Positions 58,850 to 64,000 of a stretch of 64,000 nt of DNA are shown here, one piece after another; position 1 is the stretch's first letter, and every line of letters begins with the position of its first letter. Both the position numbers and the translations under genes were made by a program. Source of the DNA: an uncultured Candidatus Micrarchaeota archaeon (lineage in GTDB: Archaea; Micrarchaeota; Micrarchaeia; Anstonellales; Bilamarchaeaceae); the NCBI GenBank assembly GCA_963800555.1, contig CAWDBH010000008.1:48258-112257 (forward strand), in the 5' to 3' direction. The notes below the pieces were generated by a model, which did not search any database, was not told the origin of the DNA, and saw only the letters and a list, made by a program, of their open reading frames with translations.

Positions 58850-60768
58850 ATAATGGCTGGAAATAGCCTTATCGGTACTGACGTGATTCCAGAAATGGCG
58901 CGGGCAGATTTCTATACCTATTATCATCCTACCCGATTTGAACAAATTATTCAGGTATATCCTGACTTGAAAATCGAAACAGACGCACTTATTGGCAAGT
59001 CTACTCAATTCAATATGACCTTTAATGACCTCTTCTTACTTAGGAATAAATTAATCACCAAATACCGCAGCGAGACTCATCCTATATATGCCACAAGATT
59101 AAGAGATATTATCGAGCAAATCTCCGAAAAATTCCGTTTTGAACTCTCAAGGGTATATTTCCATAATGCTCTGAGAATAGAAAAAACTGAAGATTTAAAT
59201 TCAGCAATAATCAAGTTTAAACCCTTCAACTGGATTATGGAATTCTCAGATGTTTTCGAAAAAGGCGGATTTGATGCAGTAATTGGAAATCCCCCGTATG
59301 ATGTTATTTATTCAGGTGAGAATCCTTTAGATGTTAAAACCTTCAAAACGATTTATACAACGGCTGAGTATAATCCGAATTTATTCTGTTTATTCGTAGA
59401 CCGTTCATTATCATTATTAAATCAAAAAGGACTTTTAGGATTTATTATCCCAGATACTATATTAACAAATAAATATTTTGGTAACCTTAGAAGAAAGATT
59501 TTATCAATTTCGAGTATTCTCCAAATTTTAGACTTAAGTAGTGGCGTTTTTCCAGAAGCTATAGTGGATACAATAATTTTTATTCTGAAAAAAGAAGTTA
59601 TACAAGATAATGAAATATTTATAGGTTATAATATAACAAGTAGTGAAGCTATCGCATCAAGAAACTTCAAAAGTAAAAAAATGTTTCAGAAAGAATTTAT
59701 TAATTCCAATAACAACGAGTTTAATATTTATTTTGATAGCGGACTCGAACCTTTAAAAAATCAGATATGGCTGAATTCGGTAAAAATTGAAGAAATTGCA
59801 AATATAAAACGAGGCTTAGTTACCAAAGATAATTCTAAATTTGTGTACACTGACAAAACAGTCGATAAATGCTCTGATAGCTCAAAATTAAAACGTGTTT
59901 TAATTGGTGGAGATGCAAGTCGATACCTATTACATTATAGCGGTAATTATGTTCTTTTTGATGCTTCTGCAAAAGGCGGTGGGTGCTGGGATCGAGAGAT
60001 TTACGAAAATAAGGAAAAGATACTAATCGCATTAATTACAGGAGGAATGAATTATAGAATTAATGCCACTTATGATTCAACCAAATTTTATGCATTACAA
60101 AATTATAACGTGCTTATAGTAACTGATTCTAAATTTTCAACAAAATACGTTTTAGGAATCATAAATTCAAAACTAATATCAAACTATTATGAATTATTTT
60201 TCAATGATAAAAATATAAAAAGAGTGCAACTATTGAGTTTACCCATAAAAGTTGCAACTGACGCAGAGCAACAAAAAATTGCTAATTTAGTCGATAGGCT
60301 CCTTTCGTTAATGTCTGATTGCAATGTAGAAAAGCATAAAACAGAAATTAAAAAAGCGAATGAAGAAATCGATGAGTGTGTTTACAAATTATACGGCATA
60401 ACTGAGACTGAAAGGAAATTAATCGAAAATAATCTGGCGTAGGGGGGCTTCCAGCGAAGAAGTAAAATGAAAAAGAAGTCATCCCGCTCGGCCGGAAACG
60501 CACTTAAAGTTTAGGCCTTCGGTTCGCTCTTCGAGCGAAAACTTTAATGTGCCTTTCGGCCTCGCTTCTACCATGATTTTGCTTCGCCAGGCTTAGCCTT
60601 ACTCGAATTTTCTTTGTCTTCTCTTAGGTTTTCTTCTTGCCTCATCTTTAGCTCCACCCCTGCTATTTTCTCTCGCTTCAAAACATCCGCCCTTTAGCCA
60701 GGGGGCGCGGGCGTCGTTTTGAAGCTCGCGAGAAAAAACGGGCTTCAAGAAGTCCGGGAAGTGGTAAA

Positions 60769-61242
60769 ATGACGAATGAAAACAGCGGAATTATGGAAGC
60801 CTTTTCCTTCCGAAAAGGCGTTGTGAAGATAAGCGGCAGATGGATCCGCTTCGGTCCGGAGGCCGAGAGCGCCGTAAAGGCCCTGTCGAAGGGCGACTGC
60901 GTGAGCTACGTTGTCGAGAATGGCAATCTCAAACGGATTGAGAAAAGCCAGCAGAAGCCCACCCCCGCAGTGGTTACAGCCCCTGTGAAGGCCCAGACTT
61001 CAGCAAATCCAGGTAATCCGGCCAATCCATCCTTCCAGGACCGGAACAAGAGCATAGAACGCCAGGTGGCCCTGAAGGCGGCGGTGGAGCTCGCAGGGCT
61101 CTACGGCTACAAAAGCACCAAGGAGTGCCTGGACGTGGCGGCCAGCTTCGCGGCTTGGATCGAAGCGGGCAGTTCTGGGGACGTGCAGTTTAACGGTTCC
61201 GCAGCAGCGGGGAGGACGGCGAACCCGTCCCCCTCCAACTGA
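60769..61242 (+). CDS. Mobile-element hypothetical protein, possibly ssDNA-binding
   Basis: Beta-rich N-terminus, Pro/Asn linker, SIERQVALKAAVEL motif. Confidence 0.65.
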   Translation: MTNENSGIMEAFSFRKGVVKISGRWIRFGPEAESAVKALSKGDCVSYVVENGNLKRIEKSQQKPTPAVVTAPVKAQTSANPGNPANPSFQDRNKSIERQVALKAAVELAGLYGYKSTKECLDVAASFAAWIEAGSSGDVQFNGSAAAGRTANPSPSN

Positions 61243-61243
61243 G

Positions 61244-61444
61244 GTGATGACCATGAGCGAACCCAACACTTGGGAGGGCAAATCCGCCATCCTTTTCACC
61301 AAGGAAGACAGCGTAGGCATGCCGGTCCGCATCGTCCGGTTCCTAGGCGTTTTCGTGGAAGTAGAGAACAACCAGGGCAAGGCCCGCCTCTACCCCACGG
61401 ACAATATAGCCTATTTCCAGTTTTTAGGCTCCAAGGGGTGTTGA
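61244..61444 (+). CDS. Small hypothetical protein
   Basis: GAGGTG RBS-like motif; coupled to both neighbours. Confidence 0.6.
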   Translation: MMTMSEPNTWEGKSAILFTKEDSVGMPVRIVRFLGVFVEVENNQGKARLYPTDNIAYFQFLGSKGC

Positions 61445-61446
61445 AC

Positions 61447-61818
61447 ATGGCTGAAACTCTCTTCGAAGGTGCTGAGGTCATATCCAGCTACACGACCAAG
61501 GACGCCGTTGAGGACGGCGTTCTGATTGACCTTCACGCCATCGGTAAGATTCCGGTCTATCTGCCGGTTTATAGCGGCATCCGGTACGCCACGGCCGCCC
61601 TTCTTGGCAAGGGGTACATGTCCGGTACGGAGTTCAACCGCCCAAATCTGGCGGATCTCCTTGTCCAGATATCCCTGGGTATTCGGAAGGGCCTGTCCAA
61701 GGGCGAGGACCGGCTTTTCGAGGCCAAAGTCGAGTTTCCGGATGGTCATAAAGAGAAGGTCTGGGCCGTCCTTAATGAGGAAGGGAGCCTGACGATCATG
61801 CTGCCGGAAGACTACTGA
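61447..61818 (+). CDS. DUF6573-like mobile-element protein
   Basis: VISSYTTKDAVEDGVLID...LTIMLPEDY. Confidence 0.75.
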   Translation: MAETLFEGAEVISSYTTKDAVEDGVLIDLHAIGKIPVYLPVYSGIRYATAALLGKGYMSGTEFNRPNLADLLVQISLGIRKGLSKGEDRLFEAKVEFPDGHKEKVWAVLNEEGSLTIMLPEDY

Positions 61819-61906
61819 GGTATTTGAGGCGTTCCGCCCCCTTCGTACATAATGCGTTAAAAACTCTATCAATCCATATTGATATAGAAACGGTTATGCT
61901 CATCTT

Positions 61907-61990
61907 GGGAGAGTGCCGGAGTAGTCTAACGGGCTGGTTTTGCAAACCAGTGGCTTAGTGCCTTCGTGGGTGCAAATCCCACTTCTTATT
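61907..61990 (+). tRNA. Atypical long-variable-arm tRNA-like element with TGC anticodon (possibly pseudo)
   Basis: CCG/CGG D stem; CTGGT-TTTGCAA-ACCAG; GGC-TTAGT-GCC variable arm; GTGGG-TGCAAAT-CCCAC; weak acceptor GGGAGAG/TTCTTAT. Confidence 0.6.
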
Positions 61991-62246
61991 GCATTTAGCG
62001 TCAGCCAGCAAGGAAGCGAAGCGATGCCGCGACCAGCGCACCGACCACGCTCACGGTGAGCGCACTGCGACACAATTTCTTTATCCTTAATGCGGGATCG
62101 GATTAGCGGCCGGCCCCGCAGGCGGGGCACGTACGGAAGAGCGCTGCCGGGCGCCCTGGGAAAAGATTGATTCTGAGAGAGCCGAGGATACGATTCCACC
62201 GGGTCATTCACCACTGAGGCTTCCCTCTTAGCTATGTAAGTTCGTA

Positions 62247-62618
62247 TTAGACCGATCCGATTCCAAGGTGTTTGATGATCGCCATCGATTTCTTCTCTCT
62301 CTTATCTTGCCAATTTGCTCCGTGAATCATGAAGATTACACCGCATATGATTGCTATCAAACCAAGAATGTACGGCATCATCGTAGTGGGCATGGCTAGC
62401 GATATCACGATCGCAGTACCCGTCATGTTTCCCCCCATATTCTCTAGCCATCGCCCGCATATCTTCAATGTCTTTTTCGTTACCATCTGTTTCATCTCCG
62501 CTTCTACTAACGCGCCACCGACAATTTCAAGAGTGATCCAGATTTTCGCATCTGACCTGGATATATCCGAAATCGTTCTCAGCGAGACATTCGGTTGGCC
62601 TATCATTCCCTTTCGCAA
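62247..62618 (-). CDS. Hypothetical membrane protein (start uncertain)
   Basis: Two hydrophobic segments in the C-terminal half. Confidence 0.4.
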   Translation of the reverse strand: MRKGMIGQPNVSLRTISDISRSDAKIWITLEIVGGALVEAEMKQMVTKKTLKICGRWLENMGGNMTGTAIVISLAMPTTMMPYILGLIAIICGVIFMIHGANWQDKREKKSMAIIKHLGIGSV

Positions 62619-62728
62619 AGGGAGTATTTAATGATACATGTTTTACTACTACTACTAACAGAGATGCGTGAGTTGCGAGCTGCTAAGTCATAGTGGGCAA
62701 AGAAGCGGAATCCCGCTCCGAGAGATCA

Positions 62729-63832
62729 TCAGCTCAGATCCGTTATCTCCCAGGTCCCTGACGGTATGTGGAGCAGCCGCCTGGCCTTCTGCCCGCCTAT
62801 CGGCCCGAGGAAGTCGTCATAGAGCTGGCGGGCCTGCGGGTTCTCCCCGGCATCCGGATACGCGGCGTCCTTGCCGAGCGAGTAGAGCCCAGCCCTCCTT
62901 TTCTCCACGATTTCCGGGTTTCCAGGTGGCTGGCCCGCCCCCCCGATGCATCCGCCAGGGCAGGTCATGACCTCGATGAAATGGTACTTTTCGAGCAGTG
63001 CCTTGTCCTTCATGACCGGCGCCGCGTTCTGCAGCCCGTAGATCACGAGTATCTTCAGCTCTTCCCCTTCTATCGTGAACTTTATCTCGTGGGTGCTCTG
63101 GAAGCCGCGCAGCTCTTTTATGACCGGATCGGCGAGCGTCTTGCCGTGCAGGTGTGCATGGTACCTCAGCGTGGCTTCGGACACGCCGCCGCTGGCGCCG
63201 AAGATGCGGGCTGCGCCGGAGGATTGCCCCATCAATTTGTCGAAGTCGCTCTCCTCGCAGCTCCTGAGGTCGATCCCCTTGGATTTGAGGAACTGGCCGA
63301 GCTCGTTGGTCGTTATAACGTAATCCACTGCCGCGAGGCCGTCCTCGAGCAGCATCTCCGGGCGCCTGGCCTCCATCTTCTTGACAAGGCACGGCATGGC
63401 CGCCACCGAATATATCCTGCGGGGATCGATGCCCTGCTTCTGGGCGAAATACGATTTGACCAGCGCGCCCATGGTCTCCATCGGGCTTTTCACGGTGGCC
63501 ATGTTCTTCCTGCGCAGGTCCGGGAAATTCCTCTCCAGGTAGAGGACGAAGCCCGGGCAACACGAGTTGAGGAGCGGGAACGGCCCTCCTTTGGCATGAC
63601 GCTGTTCCAGCTCCAGGTTCTCCTCCATGACCACGATATCTGCGCCGAACGTGGTGTCGAACACGTAGTCGAAGCCCAATGCCCGCAGCGCGCCGACCAG
63701 TTTCTTCGTGAGCGGTGTTCCTGGTTCATAACCGAACATCTCGCCTATCCCTACCCGCACGGCAGGGGCCATCTGGACGACCTTGACCATGCCCTTGTCA
63801 GCTAGCGCCTTTTCCAGTCCCGCTATTTCCAT
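62729..63832 (-). CDS. hydA: Minimal [FeFe]-hydrogenase (H-cluster domain only)
   Basis: QMAPAVR, L1 NSCCPG, L2 MPCLVKKME, FGASGGV and L3 EVMTCPGGCIGGAGQP; no ferredoxin CxxCxxC domain. Confidence 0.93.
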   Translation of the reverse strand: MEIAGLEKALADKGMVKVVQMAPAVRVGIGEMFGYEPGTPLTKKLVGALRALGFDYVFDTTFGADIVVMEENLELEQRHAKGGPFPLLNSCCPGFVLYLERNFPDLRRKNMATVKSPMETMGALVKSYFAQKQGIDPRRIYSVAAMPCLVKKMEARRPEMLLEDGLAAVDYVITTNELGQFLKSKGIDLRSCEESDFDKLMGQSSGAARIFGASGGVSEATLRYHAHLHGKTLADPVIKELRGFQSTHEIKFTIEGEELKILVIYGLQNAAPVMKDKALLEKYHFIEVMTCPGGCIGGAGQPPGNPEIVEKRRAGLYSLGKDAAYPDAGENPQARQLYDDFLGPIGGQKARRLLHIPSGTWEITDLS

Positions 63833-64000
63833 GATTCCACGTCCTTGTCTTTCTAGTCCTCCCCAAGGAATAATAATACGGATGCAAGCGGCTGGTGGAA
63901 GGCGCACCAGCCCACACGGAACCTAAGTCCCCTCCGCTCGGCCAGGAAATGAGTTAATGCTCAAGCTGCCCTGCGGGCAGTTCGCCCTTTCGGGCGAAAG

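Larger units (their letters stand above)
56018..60442 (+). pseudogene. Second type IIG-like R-M enzyme, with a frameshift near 57605 and an IS insertion
   Basis: YPDY...VEAE, YLNGGLF, GAYYTP and LDPACGSGAF; IYGVDINEEAIEIAKLRLWL lies in the +1 frame; GNSL, GNPPY and TRD follow the IS. Confidence 0.88.
44200..62230. mobile_element. Putative integrated defence island (boundaries approximate)
   Basis: Integrase at the left; AT-rich cargo of R-M, TA and IS genes; mobile-element-type small genes at the right. No att repeats found. Confidence 0.65.

Noticed and set aside
61907..61990. Calling this element tRNA-Cys(GCA)
   Set aside because: The 7-nt loop TTTGCAA centres on TGC, and a long variable arm is not typical of tRNA-Cys.
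63888..64000. RNase P or SRP RNA
   Set aside because: The expected cores (GAGGAAAGTCC, AACAGAA, and the SRP helix 8 CAGG..GGAA..AGCA) are not present in the visible part.

Overview
Archaeal chromosomal window, most consistent with a DPANN/Micrarchaeota-like genome. The taxon is inferred from the intein-containing PolD large subunit, Taw1, Nop5, BHB-type tRNA introns and a minimal H-cluster-only [FeFe]-hydrogenase. About 1-44 kb is housekeeping: beta-CASP nuclease, rpiA, alaX, polC, cysS, purN, taw1, glyS, alaS, cupin pgi, hisG-hisE-hisS, a KaiC-like ATPase, nop5 and six tRNAs, three with introns. Lineage-specific genes are interspersed, including three paralogous lipoproteins with a shared C-terminal cassette, a tandem paralogue pair and a triple-FHA protein. 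About 44.2-62 kb is a largely AT-rich, integrase-led defence island. It holds two type IIG-like R-M genes each interrupted by the same 1032-bp IS, a MazF toxin module, an AlbA_2 protein, a TcmP-radical SAM fusion, a hairpin-led small-gene region and a tRNA-like element. Top candidate for a new system: hisG has no in-frame ATG and is preceded by two 12-codon mini-ORFs (MVNGRDLLHRSS and MKQGRDLLHKER) that share the site AGG GAT TTR CTT CAT A. A +1 shift at the His codon turns the first into a peptide ending HHKH ahead of a hairpin/U-tract and joins the second to HisG. This suggests a two-stage histidine-sensing +1 frameshift/attenuation switch.
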